64,000 nucleotides of DNA from an uncultured Candidatus Rokubacteria bacterium (GCA_963826115.1 CAWGVS010000012.1:416001-480000); one strand, 5' to 3'. Shown: positions 45,886 through 57,017, numbered from the stretch's first letter. Notes: generated from the sequence alone by a model not told the origin. Program-made: numbers and translations.

Positions 45886-47214
45886 GTGGGAACGGTCCGG
45901 TCTGGCAGCGGGTCTCCCGGCAACGGCAACGGCCACCGAGGCCATGCCGCCGGGGATCTCGGACAGTACCGGGTTCTCATCTACAGCCACGACTCGTTCG
46001 GCCTCGGGCATCTGCGGCGCTGCCGGACGATCGCCCACTCCTTGGTCGCGCACCACAAGAAGCTGAACGTCCTCATCCTGAGCGGCTCCCCGATCGTCGG
46101 GCGCTTCAGCTTCCGCTCCCGCGTCGACTTCGTCCGCGTGCCAGGGATCATCAAGCGGCGGAACGGCGAGTACACGAGCCTGAACCTCGATTTCCACGTC
46201 GAGCAAACCCTCGCGCTGCGCGCGTCCATCATCGAGCACACGGCGCGGGTCTTCCGGCCCGACCTCTTCCTGGTCGACAAGGAGCCGCTGGGACTGCTCG
46301 GGGAGGTGCAGAGCACGCTGGCCCTCCTCCGCCGCCAGGGGGAGACGCGGCTGGTCCTCGGGCTCCGCGACATCATGGACGACCCGACGTCGCTCGTCGA
46401 GGAGTGGCGGCGCAAGCGCGTGATCCCGGCCCTCAAGCGCTCCTACGACCAGATCTGGGTCTACGGGCTGCCGCAGGTCTACGACCCGATCGAGGCGTAC
46501 GGCCTGCCCGCGGACGTCGCCGCCAAGACGACCTTCACCGGCTACCTCCCGCGCGAGACGAATCCCGAGGTCGCGCTGCCGCCCGACGTGCAGGCCGTGG
46601 TCCATCAGGGGCCCTTCCTCCTGGTGACGCCCGGCGGAGGCGGCGACGGCGCCCAGCTGGTCGACACGACCCTCGCCGCCTACGAGCGCTTCAACGGGCG
46701 GCTGCCGTGGCCGGCCGTCGTCGTGTACGGGCCGTTCCTGCCCGCGCGCGAGCGCGCGGCGTTCGAGCGGCGGGCGGCGAAGCTCTCGCGCGTCACCACG
46801 CTCGAGTTCCACGAGCATCTCGAGAACCTCGTCGAGAAAGCGGCCGGAGTCGTGTGCCTCGGCGGCTACAACACCTTCTGCGAGATCCTGTCGCTCAAGA
46901 AGCGCAGCCTGATCGTGCCGCGCGTGACGCCGCGCCTCGAGCAGCTCCTCCGGGCCCAGGTGGCCGCGCGGTTGGGGCTCGCGCAGACGCTCGATCCCGC
47001 CCGGCTCACCCCCGAGACCCTGGCGGAGGGCATGATCCACCTGCCGGAGCAACCGCTCCCGGCCACCCACCGGGTCCCGGGGTTGCTCGACGGCCTCCGG
47101 TTCATCAACCAGGCGGTCGCGAAGTGGCGGGTCGAGGGGCCGCCCCGTCCGGGGATCCGCGGGCTCGAGCGCGCCGGCGTCATCCGCCGCGCTCCCGCTC
47201 GGCGAGCCGTCTGA
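45886..47214 (+). CDS. Predicted glycosyltransferase (COG4671/GT28-like)
   Basis: YSHDSFGLGHLRRC, LGLRDI, PGGGGDG, GGYNT, VPR...EQ; GGAGG RBS before GTG 45886. Confidence 0.87.
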   Translation: MGTVRSGSGSPGNGNGHRGHAAGDLGQYRVLIYSHDSFGLGHLRRCRTIAHSLVAHHKKLNVLILSGSPIVGRFSFRSRVDFVRVPGIIKRRNGEYTSLNLDFHVEQTLALRASIIEHTARVFRPDLFLVDKEPLGLLGEVQSTLALLRRQGETRLVLGLRDIMDDPTSLVEEWRRKRVIPALKRSYDQIWVYGLPQVYDPIEAYGLPADVAAKTTFTGYLPRETNPEVALPPDVQAVVHQGPFLLVTPGGGGDGAQLVDTTLAAYERFNGRLPWPAVVVYGPFLPARERAAFERRAAKLSRVTTLEFHEHLENLVEKAAGVVCLGGYNTFCEILSLKKRSLIVPRVTPRLEQLLRAQVAARLGLAQTLDPARLTPETLAEGMIHLPEQPLPATHRVPGLLDGLRFINQAVAKWRVEGPPRPGIRGLERAGVIRRAPARRAV

Positions 47215-47237
47215 GCCGCTCATCCCCGGCCGCGCCC

Positions 47238-48524
47238 ATGCGGCCCGCGGCCGTCCCGCCCCGTATCGTCGTCGTGGTGCTCAAGGGCTACCCGCGCGTC
47301 TCGGAGACCTTCATCGCCCACGAGCTCGCCGCGCTCGAGCGCCGCGGCCTCCGGCTCCACATCGCGTCGCTCCGGCGGCCCTACGACGCGCTCACGCAGC
47401 CGGTCCACGCGACGGTACGCGCGCCGGTGACGTATCTCCCCGAGTACCTCTACGAAGCGCCGGGCCGCGTGCTGGCCGGGCACGCGCGGGCGTTCGGGCG
47501 GGCGCCTCGCCGCTACCTCCGGGCGCTCGGGCTCTGGCTGCGCGACGTCCGCCGCGATGCGACGCCGAACCGCGGACGCCGCTTCGGCCAGGCGGGCGTG
47601 CTGGCCGCCGAGCTGCCAGCGGGCGCGGCCCACCTCCACGCGCACTTCCTTCACACACCCACGTCCGTCGCACGGTACGCGGCGGTCATGTGTGGGCTCG
47701 GTTACAGCGCATCCGGTCACGCGAAGGACGTCTGGACGACGCCGGACTGGGAGCTCCGCGAGAAGCTCATCGACGCGCGCTTCACGGTGACCTGCACGGC
47801 CGCGGGCCAGGCGCGCCTCGGCGCGCTCGCGCCGGGACGGATCGCGCTCGTCTACCACGGGCTCGACCGCCGGCTCTTCGCCGCGCCGCCGGCATTCGGC
47901 GCGCCGCGCGACGGCGCGGATCCGGCCGACCCCGTCCGGCTCCTGGCGGTCGGGCGCTTCCAGCCGAAGAAGGGCTATGCGACCCTCCTCGACGCGATCG
48001 CGCGCGTCCGGGGCGCCGTGCGGCTCACGGTGGTAGGCTACGGGCCCCTCGCGGGGGCGCTTCGCGCGCAGGCGGAAGCCCTGGGCCTGGCGAGCCGCGT
48101 CACCTGGGCCGGCGCCCTCGATCAGCCGGCGGTGCGGGCCCAGTACCGCGCGAGTGACCTGCTGGTCCTCGCCTCCGAGGTGGCGCCCGACGGCGACCGC
48201 GACGGGGTGCCCAACGTCGTGGTCGAGAGCCTGTCCCAGGGGCTGCCCGTGGTCGCGACGCGCGCCGGGGCCATCGCCGAGGTCGTGCTCGACGGCGTCC
48301 ACGGCCGGCTCGTCCCGCCGGGCGACGCCGGCGCGCTGGCCGCGGCCATCGAGAGCCTGGCTCGCGATCCCGAGGCGCGCCGCCGGATGGGGGCGGCCGG
48401 GATCGCGCGGATCGCCGACGGGTGGGACCTCGAGGCGGGCGCCGACCGCATCCACGAGCTCCTCCGGGCGGAGATGGCCGCACCGGCGGCGGCGCCGGCG
48501 CGAACTGCGAGCGTCCCGGCGTGA
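47238..48524 (+). CDS. GT4 glycosyltransferase
   Basis: KGYPRVSETFI, HAHF, HAKD, GRFQPKKG, DRDGVPNVVVE. Confidence 0.9.
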   Translation: MRPAAVPPRIVVVVLKGYPRVSETFIAHELAALERRGLRLHIASLRRPYDALTQPVHATVRAPVTYLPEYLYEAPGRVLAGHARAFGRAPRRYLRALGLWLRDVRRDATPNRGRRFGQAGVLAAELPAGAAHLHAHFLHTPTSVARYAAVMCGLGYSASGHAKDVWTTPDWELREKLIDARFTVTCTAAGQARLGALAPGRIALVYHGLDRRLFAAPPAFGAPRDGADPADPVRLLAVGRFQPKKGYATLLDAIARVRGAVRLTVVGYGPLAGALRAQAEALGLASRVTWAGALDQPAVRAQYRASDLLVLASEVAPDGDRDGVPNVVVESLSQGLPVVATRAGAIAEVVLDGVHGRLVPPGDAGALAAAIESLARDPEARRRMGAAGIARIADGWDLEAGADRIHELLRAEMAAPAAAPARTASVPA

Positions 48525-49693
48525 CCGCGCTCGCCTTCTACACCCCGGTCAAGCACCCGTTCGAGACCGAGCCGTCCGGCGATCGCGAGCTCGGCCGGCT
48601 CCTGATGACCGCGCTCCGCGGGCTCGGCTTCGCCCCGCACCTCGCGAGCCGGCTCCTCACCTACCGGCGCGCGTTCGACCCGGTCGACGCCGCCCGCGTG
48701 GAGCGCGTCGCGGCGCTCACCGCGGCCCGCCTCATCGCGCGCTACCGACGCGCCCGGCCCGCCGCGCGGCCGCGGGCGTGGATCACCTACCAGAGCTACT
48801 ACCGCGCCCCCGACCTCGTGGGGCCGACCGTCGCCACCGCGCTCGACATCCCCTACGTGCTCGTCGACACGTATCTGTCGGGGAAGAGCCGCCGCACGCC
48901 GTTCCGCCCCTGGGTGAGCGCCGCGCGACTCGCGGCCCGGCGCGCGGACCTCATCTTCCTCATGAGCCCGCGGGACCGCCCGCGCGTGGCCGCCTGCCGG
49001 GGCTCGCGCTTCGCCGCCGAGCGGATCCTGGACCTGCCCCCGCCCGTCGACGCGACGCGCTTCGACGCGAGCCCGGAGCACCGCCTGGCGTGTCGCGCGG
49101 CCATGGCCCGGCGCTTCACGGGCCCCGATGGCCCCGTGATCCTGGCGGTCGCCGCCATGCGGGAGGTGAAGAAGCTCGAGCCGTACCAGCTGCTCGCCGG
49201 CGCCCTCGCGTCGCTCCACGCCGCCGCGCCGATCCGGCCGTGGCGGCTCGCGGTGGTCGGCGACGGGCCCGCCCGGCCGGCGGTTGCCGAGGCGTTCTCC
49301 ACCCTGCCGTCCGGCCGCGTCGCGTTTCTCGGATCGCTGGAGCCCGACGTGCTGCCCACGGCGTACCTCGGCGCCGACCTCTTCGCCTTTCCCGGACGCT
49401 TCCACGTCGTCTTCCTGCAGGCGGCGGCCGCGAGCCTGCCCGTCGTCGCGTGCGCCGGGCCCGGGCCGGACCCGTTCGTCGCGCCGGACGGCTCGGTCCT
49501 CACCGCCCCCACGCCGGACGCGTTCGCGGGCGGCGTGGCGCAGCTCCTGGACGATCCCGCGCTCCGCACCGCGATGGGCGCCGCCGCGCGCCGGTTCGTC
49601 ACCGCGGACCGGACGCTCGCCGCCTTCCAGCGCCGCCTGGCCGCCGGGCTCGAAGCGCTGGGCTTGCCATGCGGTCGATCTACGTCGCCCTGA
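48521..49693 (+). CDS. GT4-like glycosyltransferase (acceptor-end E-x7-E motif eroded)
   Basis: AFYTPVK...PSGDR, YYRAPDLVG, VVGDGP, ADLFAFP...FLQAAAA. Confidence 0.8.
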   Translation: MTALAFYTPVKHPFETEPSGDRELGRLLMTALRGLGFAPHLASRLLTYRRAFDPVDAARVERVAALTAARLIARYRRARPAARPRAWITYQSYYRAPDLVGPTVATALDIPYVLVDTYLSGKSRRTPFRPWVSAARLAARRADLIFLMSPRDRPRVAACRGSRFAAERILDLPPPVDATRFDASPEHRLACRAAMARRFTGPDGPVILAVAAMREVKKLEPYQLLAGALASLHAAAPIRPWRLAVVGDGPARPAVAEAFSTLPSGRVAFLGSLEPDVLPTAYLGADLFAFPGRFHVVFLQAAAASLPVVACAGPGPDPFVAPDGSVLTAPTPDAFAGGVAQLLDDPALRTAMGAAARRFVTADRTLAAFQRRLAAGLEALGLPCGRSTSP

Positions 49694-50265
49694 TCCGCCA
49701 CGCCCCGACGGCGTGGAACGCCGAGGGGCGCGTGCTCGGCCAGGCGGATCCTCCGCTCTCCCCCGAGGGCGTCGCGCGCGCGACGCGCTGGCGGCTGCCC
49801 GTCGATCTCCGTGCCCTCGCGACGCGCGGACAGCTCGGCTGGGCGGTGAGCCCGCTCGCGCGCGCGGGCGAGACCGCCCGGATCCTGGGCGCGGGCGCCC
49901 CGGTGGTGGAGCCGCGGCTCGCGGAGCAGCACGGGGGCGAGTGGACCGGCCGCTCGCGCGCCGCCGTCTCGCGCGAGGCGCCCGCCGGCGGATGGGACGT
50001 GGCCCCACCCGGGGGCGAATCCCCGGCGCAGGTCCTCGTTCGCGTCCGCGCGTGGCTCGACGAGCTCGCGGCGGGCGACGGACCCGAGACGTGGGCCGCG
50101 GTGACCCACATGGGCCTCATCCGGATCGTCATCGCCGCGGCGCTTCGCTGGGACTTCGGCGAGCCGCCGCCGGTGCGGCTCCTGCCCGACCGCATCCACC
50201 GCGTGCGCCGCCGCGGCGACGGGCTCCTCCAGCTCGTCGCGCTCAACGAGTCGCTCGAGCCGTGA
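49669..50265 (+). CDS. Histidine phosphatase-family protein
   Basis: LIRHAPT-x-WN, SPL-x-RA-x-ETA, PPGGES, VTH. Confidence 0.85.
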   Translation: MRSIYVALIRHAPTAWNAEGRVLGQADPPLSPEGVARATRWRLPVDLRALATRGQLGWAVSPLARAGETARILGAGAPVVEPRLAEQHGGEWTGRSRAAVSREAPAGGWDVAPPGGESPAQVLVRVRAWLDELAAGDGPETWAAVTHMGLIRIVIAAALRWDFGEPPPVRLLPDRIHRVRRRGDGLLQLVALNESLEP

Positions 50266-50270
50266 GTCCC

Positions 50271-50392
50271 ACGAGCCGCGACAGGCCGCCACAGGCCCCC
50301 ACAGGCCGCCACAGGCCGAAGGCCGTCCGATCGGATCCGTCCGATCGGATCCGTCCGATCGGATCCGCTCGATCGAGTCCGCCCGATCGGTG
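50271..50392. repeat. Two adjacent tandem arrays: 10-bp ACAGGCCGCC-like x5 and 14-bp CCGTCCGATCGGAT-like x5
   Basis: Read directly from sequence; 14-mers start at 50323, 50337, 50351, 50365 and 50379. Confidence 0.9.
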
Positions 50393-50428
50393 CCGTCTCG
50401 CCAACCCCGGCGCCGGGAAGCCCGCCCC

Positions 50429-51655
50429 GTGAGCGCGGGCCCGATCCTCTTCTACTGCCAGCACCTCCTGGGGCTCGGCCACCTCGAGCGGGCGGCGCGC
50501 CTCGTGCGGGCGCTGCGGCGCGCCGGCGAGCCGGTCGTCTTCGTCCAGGGCGGCCGGCCCGTTCCGGACCTCGACCTCGGGGGCGCCGAGGTCGTCGCGC
50601 TGCCGCCGCTCGTGTCGGCCGATGACGCGGCGAGCGCGATCGCCCGCGAGGACGGCCGGCGCCCGACGCCGGACGACCTCGCCACGCGGCGCGCGCAGCT
50701 CCTCGCGTGCCTTCACGCCACCGACCCGAGCGTCGTGCTCCTCGAGCTCTTTCCCTTCGGCCGCCACGCCTTCACGTTCGAGCTGGGGCCGCTGCTCCTC
50801 GCGGTGGCCGACGACCGCGCGCGCCGCGGCGCCGCGGCGCCGCGCGTCGCGGTGAGCCTCCGGGACGTCCTCGTGAGCAAGCCGAACCAGGCATGGTTCG
50901 AGCTTGCGTCCGTCGCGGTCGCGCGCCAGTGGACCGATCGCGTGCTCGTCCACGGGAGTCCCGACGTCGTCCCGCTCGAGCACACGCACGCCCTCGCCGG
51001 CTGGCTGGGCGACCGCCTGGTCTACACGGGCTATCTCGCCCCCGACGCGCCCGTGCCCCCGGGCCCGCCGCACGGCGAGGTCGTGATCTCGGGCGGCGGC
51101 GGCCAGGTCGCGGGAGCGCTCTTCCGCGCGGCGCTCGCGGCGTGGCCTCTGACGACCGCGGCGCGCGCGCGACCCTGGCGCCTGGTCACCGGACCCTACT
51201 GCCCCGCGGCGGCCCGCGCGGACCTCGAGGAGGCGGCGCGGGCGCTCCCGGCCCGGGGCGGCCGCCCCGCCGTGATCGTCGAGGCCCACCGCGCGGGACT
51301 CGGCGGCTACCTGGCGGGCGCGGCCCTCTCGGTGAGCCAGGCGGGGTACAACACGATCCTCGAGCTCGTGGCCCACCGGGTCCGCGCCGTCGTGGTGCCG
51401 TACGAGGCGAGCGGCGACGAGCAGCCGCGGCGCGCCGGGCTCCTCGCCGCGCGAGGCCTCATCGAGGTGGTGGCGGAGGCCGAGCTCACGCCGGCGCGGC
51501 TCGCGGCCGCGATGGACGCCGCCCTCGAGCGCTCCGGCTTCCCGGCGCCGGTGCGCCTCGATCTCGACGGCGCGGCGCGGTCGGTCGAGATCCTGGGCGG
51601 ACTGGCGGCCGGCGTCCGCGCCGCGCGCGCTCAGGGCGCGGCGCGCAGCTCGTAG
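50429..51655 (+). CDS. Second COG4671-like glycosyltransferase
   Basis: YCQHLLGLGHL, ELFPFGR, SLRD, SGGGG, QAGYNT, VVP...EQ. Confidence 0.87.
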   Translation: MSAGPILFYCQHLLGLGHLERAARLVRALRRAGEPVVFVQGGRPVPDLDLGGAEVVALPPLVSADDAASAIAREDGRRPTPDDLATRRAQLLACLHATDPSVVLLELFPFGRHAFTFELGPLLLAVADDRARRGAAAPRVAVSLRDVLVSKPNQAWFELASVAVARQWTDRVLVHGSPDVVPLEHTHALAGWLGDRLVYTGYLAPDAPVPPGPPHGEVVISGGGGQVAGALFRAALAAWPLTTAARARPWRLVTGPYCPAAARADLEEAARALPARGGRPAVIVEAHRAGLGGYLAGAALSVSQAGYNTILELVAHRVRAVVVPYEASGDEQPRRAGLLAARGLIEVVAEAELTPARLAAAMDAALERSGFPAPVRLDLDGAARSVEILGGLAAGVRAARAQGAARSS

Positions 51656-51672
51656 CGCCGGGAGCGGGACGC

Positions 51673-52476
51673 GTGACGGACGCCGACGACCGCGCCGCCT
51701 GGGACCGGCTCCGCGCGGAGCTCGACCGCTGGCCGCCCGGCCGCGCGACCGTCTGGTGGCGGGACGACGACGCCGGCGCCGCCGCGCCGGCCTTCGACCA
51801 GCTGCTCCGCCTGGCCGCGACCCACGCGGCCCCGCTCGTCCTGGCCGTGGTGCCCGCCTGGCTCGACGAGGCCGTTGCCGCGGCCATCGTCGGGGGACCG
51901 GCCGGGCTCCGCGTCCTCCAGCACGGATACGCCCACCGGAACCACGAGCCGCCGGCGCCGGGCGGCGGGCGCGGGAAGCCCGCGGAGCTCGGCGCCGCGC
52001 GGGCGCCGGACGTCGCGCTCGCGGAGCTCGGCGCCGGGTGGGCCCGCCTGGCCGCGCTCGTGCCAGGGCGCCTCCGGCCGGGGCTCGTCCCGCCGTGGAA
52101 TCGCATCGCCCCCGCCGTGCGGGCAGCGCTCCCCGGGGGCGGCTATCGCATCCTGTCGACCTTCGGGCCGCGCGCGACGCCCATGCCGGCCGGCATCCGC
52201 GAACTCAACACCCACGTCGACCCGATCCTGTGGCGCGCCGGAAGGCGCTTCGCCGGGACGGCCTGGACCCTCGACCATCTGACCGCGCACCTCGCCGATC
52301 GGCGCGCGCGGCGCGTCGACCCCGCCGAGCCCACCGGCCTCCTCACCCACCACCGCGACCTGACGCCACCGGCGTGGGCGGCGCTCGACGAGATCCTGAC
52401 CGGCCTGCGCGCGCACTCGGCGGTGGCGCTCCCCCCGCTCGAGGCCCTCGTGGATGCCGGAGGTCCTATCGCATGA
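51673..52476 (+). CDS. Polysaccharide deacetylase-like protein
   Basis: WWRDDDA, LAVVP, QHGYAH-x-NH, VPPWNRI, NTHVDPI, GLLTHH. Confidence 0.82.
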   Translation: MTDADDRAAWDRLRAELDRWPPGRATVWWRDDDAGAAAPAFDQLLRLAATHAAPLVLAVVPAWLDEAVAAAIVGGPAGLRVLQHGYAHRNHEPPAPGGGRGKPAELGAARAPDVALAELGAGWARLAALVPGRLRPGLVPPWNRIAPAVRAALPGGGYRILSTFGPRATPMPAGIRELNTHVDPILWRAGRRFAGTAWTLDHLTAHLADRRARRVDPAEPTGLLTHHRDLTPPAWAALDEILTGLRAHSAVALPPLEALVDAGGPIA

Positions 52477-52894
52477 CGCCGCCGCGCCTGCGCAGCGTGG
52501 CGCTTGGACTCGCGCTGGCCGTCGTCCTGACCGCGGAGTCCTCGGCTCAAGCGCCGCGCCCGGCACCGCGCACGCGCGCGACGTCGGGCGGCCGACGCGC
52601 GCGGGCTGCTACCAGGTCTCGATCAAGTTTCCGGGCACGCCGCGGGAGCGGCGCGCACGCTACCAGGGCATCACCCGCAGCGGATCGGCGCCCATCCATC
52701 CCGACCCGGATCAGGACTTCCTGCGCGTGATGCCCGGCTACATGCCCGAGGGAACCCTCGTCCTCGACTGTCTCGAGCGGCCCGACCAGACCCAGGCGCA
52801 CGGCGCGTACAGCTTCCCCGGCAACGACCCGTCCCCCTGGCCCGAGGTCCCGCAGATCACGATCAAGTGGTCGTTCACCTGCCGGGCACGATAG
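52473..52894 (+). pseudogene. Exported hypothetical gene split by an apparent frameshift
   Basis: ATG 52473 (GGAGG RBS, ATGA overlap) gives a signal peptide in one frame; the protein-like remainder GCYQVSIKF...WSFTCRAR is in another frame. Confidence 0.55.
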
Positions 52895-53047
52895 CCGGCA
52901 GCCAACCCGACGCCGTGCCAGCGGGCGAGGTGCCCCCGCTGGGTCGCGCTCAGCGCCTCGGGGCCGTGACGCCGCAGGCCGCGAACGCGAGGAGCGGGTA
53001 GCGCCGCAGCGCGGCGAGGGTGTCCCCGGGAACCACGCGCCCGACGG

Positions 53048-54640
53048 CTAGAGGTCGATGCGCTCGGACGCCGGCAGCGTGAGGAACTCGACGAACGGGT
53101 CGCCGAGGGCGACGGCCTCGAAGAGCTCCCGCGCCGCCGCGTACTGCCCGCGCGCGTAGGCGGCGTCGCCGACCGCGCCGCGGATCTTCGCGAGCTCCTC
53201 CTCCACGATCCGCTCCACCAGGGTGCGCGTCACCGCCGGGCCCTCGGCGAGGCGGACGCCGTGGCGGGCCCACTGCCAGATCTGGGAGCGCGAGATCTCC
53301 GCGGTCGCCGCGTCCTCCATGAGGTTGTGGATGGCGACCGCGCCGTTGCCGTCGAGCCAGGCCGCGACGTACTGGATGGCGACGCTCACGTTGTTGCGGA
53401 GGCCGGCCTCGGTCACGGCGCCGCCCGGCACCCGCACGTCGAGCAGCGCGGCGCCGTCGGCCGCCACCTCCGGGCGCTGGCGCTCGAGCTGGTGGGGGCG
53501 CGCTCCCAGGAGCGTGGCAAACGGCTCGCGCGCGACCGGGACGAGATCGGGGTGGGCGACCCACGTTCCGTCGAAGCCGTCCTGGGACTCCCGGACCTTG
53601 TCCTCGCGCACCTTCGCCAGGGCCACCTCGTTGACGTGGGGATCGCGCCGGCTCGGGATGAAGGCCGCCATGCCGCCGAGGGCGTGGGCGCCGCGACGGT
53701 GGCACGTCTTCACGAGGAGCTCGGTGTACGCGCGCATGAACGGCACCGTCATCGTCACCTGCGCGCGGTCCGGCAGGACGAAGTCCGGGCGCGTCCGGAA
53801 CTTCTTGATGAGGCTGAACATGTAGTCCCAGCGCCCGGCGTTGAGCCCGCCCGAGTGGTCCCGCAGCTCCCACAGGATCTCGTCCATCTCGAACGCGGCG
53901 GGGATCGTCTCGACGAGCACGGTGGCGCGGATCGCGCCCTTCGGGAGGCCAAGCCGGGTCTCGGCCAGGACGAAGGCGTCGTTCCAGAGGCGCGCCTCCA
54001 GGTGGCTCTCGAGCTTCGGCAGGTAGAAGTACGGCCCGCTCCCGCGCTCGAGGAGCCGCCGGCCGTTGTGGAACACGAAGAGCCCGAAGTCGAAGAGGCT
54101 CCCCGACACCGGGGCCCCGCCCAGCCGGCAGTGACGCTCGAGGAGATGCCACCCGCGCGGTCGCACGAGGAGAGTCGCGACGCGCTCGTTCAGGCGGTAG
54201 ACGCGACCGTCCGGGTTCCGGTGCTCGATCGTGCGCGCGACCGCGTCGACCAAATTCACCTGTCCCTGGACCATGTTCCGCCAGGTCGGCGTGTTCGCGT
54301 CCTCGAAGTCCGCCATGAAGACGTCCGCGCCGGAGTTGAGCGCGTTGATGACCATCTTCCGCTCGGCGGGGCCGGTCAGCTCGACCCACCGGCGCTGGAG
54401 GTCGGCCGGCGCGGGGGCGACCGTCCACGCGCTCTCGCGGATCCCGCGCGTCGCGGGAAGGAAGTCCAGCCGCTGGCCCGCGTCGAACGCCGTCTGGCGC
54501 TCCGCCCGGCGCCGGAGAAGCGCGGCCCGCGTCCCTCCGAGCTCACCCTCGAGCTCGGCCACGAAGGCGAGCGCCGCGGGCATCAGGATCTCGGCGAACC
54601 GGTCCTCGAGCGGGCCCTGGAGTTCGATACCGCCGGCCAT
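53048..54640 (-). CDS. aceB: Malate synthase A
   Basis: [56 protein letters not shown]. Confidence 0.96.
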   Translation of the reverse strand: MAGGIELQGPLEDRFAEILMPAALAFVAELEGELGGTRAALLRRRAERQTAFDAGQRLDFLPATRGIRESAWTVAPAPADLQRRWVELTGPAERKMVINALNSGADVFMADFEDANTPTWRNMVQGQVNLVDAVARTIEHRNPDGRVYRLNERVATLLVRPRGWHLLERHCRLGGAPVSGSLFDFGLFVFHNGRRLLERGSGPYFYLPKLESHLEARLWNDAFVLAETRLGLPKGAIRATVLVETIPAAFEMDEILWELRDHSGGLNAGRWDYMFSLIKKFRTRPDFVLPDRAQVTMTVPFMRAYTELLVKTCHRRGAHALGGMAAFIPSRRDPHVNEVALAKVREDKVRESQDGFDGTWVAHPDLVPVAREPFATLLGARPHQLERQRPEVAADGAALLDVRVPGGAVTEAGLRNNVSVAIQYVAAWLDGNGAVAIHNLMEDAATAEISRSQIWQWARHGVRLAEGPAVTRTLVERIVEEELAKIRGAVGDAAYARGQYAAARELFEAVALGDPFVEFLTLPASERIDL

Positions 54641-54764
54641 CACGGATCCTCCTCGGGAGTCGGGGATCGCGCCGGCCGGCCCACCCCGGGACCGGGGATC
54701 GCCTGCCGCCGGCGGCGCGTCATCGTACTACGCCCGCGCGCCCGGCGCGAGCACGGCGCGCCAG

Positions 54765-55511
54765 CTAGACCGTGAACTCCGCCACCACGGGGTTGTGGTC
54801 GCTCAGCCCCGCCCAGCGCGAGCCGGTGACCACCCGGCAGGACGCGAGGCGCGCGGCCCAGTCCCTGGGCACGAAGATGCCGTCGCAGTGGTACGGCGCG
54901 AGGCGGTCGGCGGTCCACCGGAGGGTCTGCGCGAGCGGGCGCCCGGGATTGGCGGCCTGCCAGCAGCTCACGAGGTCGAACTCCGCGGCCAGCCGGTCCA
55001 GGATCTCCCGCTCGCCGCGGCTCATCCGGATCCGCTCTCCCGGCTGGCGCTGGCCGACGACGACGTTGAAATCCCCACCCAGAACGAGATCCGCGTCGCC
55101 GCGCAGCGTCGCGATCCGGTCCAGGATCTGGTGGAGGGTCTGCACGTAGCCGCGCTCGCCGACCGGGCAGTGGATGCTGAACAGCCGGAGTGGGCGGCCG
55201 GCCGACCAGACATGGCCCTGGACCTCCGCGCCCACCACCCACCCGCCGAATCCGCGGACCAGGAGCCGGCGAGCGGGCGCGCCCCGGACCAGGACCGCGC
55301 TGCCCCAGCGACGCGAGGCCGCCGCCGCCCACAGGAGGGTGTCGGCCTCGCCGGCGCGGAACCGCTCGCCAGGCGAGTGCGCCGGCGCCCGGCACTCCTG
55401 CGCGAGGACGACGTCGGGGGCGAGACGCGCCTGGACGCGCGACCAGTGGCCGCACCGGGCGGCGCTGCCACCGCTCAGGAAGTTGTAGGCCACGACGCGG
55501 AAGGACGCCAC
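54765..55511 (-). CDS. Endonuclease/exonuclease/phosphatase (EEP) family protein
   Basis: YN, DVVLAQE, SIH, GGDFN, DGIF, SDHNPV. Confidence 0.87.
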   Translation of the reverse strand: MASFRVVAYNFLSGGSAARCGHWSRVQARLAPDVVLAQECRAPAHSPGERFRAGEADTLLWAAAASRRWGSAVLVRGAPARRLLVRGFGGWVVGAEVQGHVWSAGRPLRLFSIHCPVGERGYVQTLHQILDRIATLRGDADLVLGGDFNVVVGQRQPGERIRMSRGEREILDRLAAEFDLVSCWQAANPGRPLAQTLRWTADRLAPYHCDGIFVPRDWAARLASCRVVTGSRWAGLSDHNPVVAEFTV

Positions 55512-55536
55512 GTGGGCGACCGGCGCGCCGGGGCGC

Positions 55537-56273
55537 CTAGACGAGCCGCGCCCGGATCCGGGCGCTCGCGAAGTCGACGACCATGACCATCAGGACGGTG
55601 ACGAGCAGCACGGTGGAGGCCGCGGGATAGTCGATCATCCGCAGGTAGGTCTGGAGATAGAGCCCAATCCCCCCGGCGCCGACGAAGCCCAGCACCGTCG
55701 CGGCCCGCACGTTGGACTCGAAGCGGTAGAGGACGTAGGAGAGAAACAGCGGGAGCACCTGGGGAAGGATGCCGAACCGCAGCACCTGCAGCCGCGTGGC
55801 CCCGGTCGCGCGAATCGCGTCCACGGGGCCGGGCTCAATGCCCTCGATCGTTTCCGAGTAGAGCTTCGCCAGGGACGTGGTGGTGTACGCGACCACCGCC
55901 AGCATGCCGGGGAAGGGGCCGAGGCCGACCGCCGCGACGAACAGCAGCGCGTAGACGAGGGTATCGATGCTGCGGAAAAAGTTCAGCGCCGTGCGCACGA
56001 CGTAGTACAGGGCCGGCGGCGCGACGTTACGCGCGGAGAGGAATCCGAGTGGCACCGCCAGCGCCGCCGCCACCCCGGTTCCCAGGAGCGCGATCTCGAT
56101 CGTGCCGACCGCCCCCCACAGGGCCGCGGGCAGGACGCGGAGGTCCGGCGGCACCATGCGCCGCACGAAGTCCCACATCCACGGGAGGCCCCGCACGAGC
56201 CGCGCGGGATTGGCGTCCGTGTGCCAGGCGATCGCCACGAGCAGGACGGCCGCGCCGAGCCACGCCACGCGCT

Positions 56274-56277
<4 letters not shown>
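55537..56277 (-). CDS. phnE: PhnE/PtxC-family ABC permease
   Basis: AVGLGPFPG, AKLYSETIE, YRFESNVRAATVLGFVGAGGIG. Confidence 0.9.

Positions 56278-57017
<740 letters not shown>

Noticed and set aside
50271-50392. Possible CRISPR array
   Set aside because: Units are 10 and 14 bp, directly adjacent with no unique spacers, and there are no cas genes
53048-54640. Malate synthase without isocitrate lyase as an anomaly
   Set aside because: A stand-alone aceB is common for glyoxylate assimilation, and aceA may lie elsewhere
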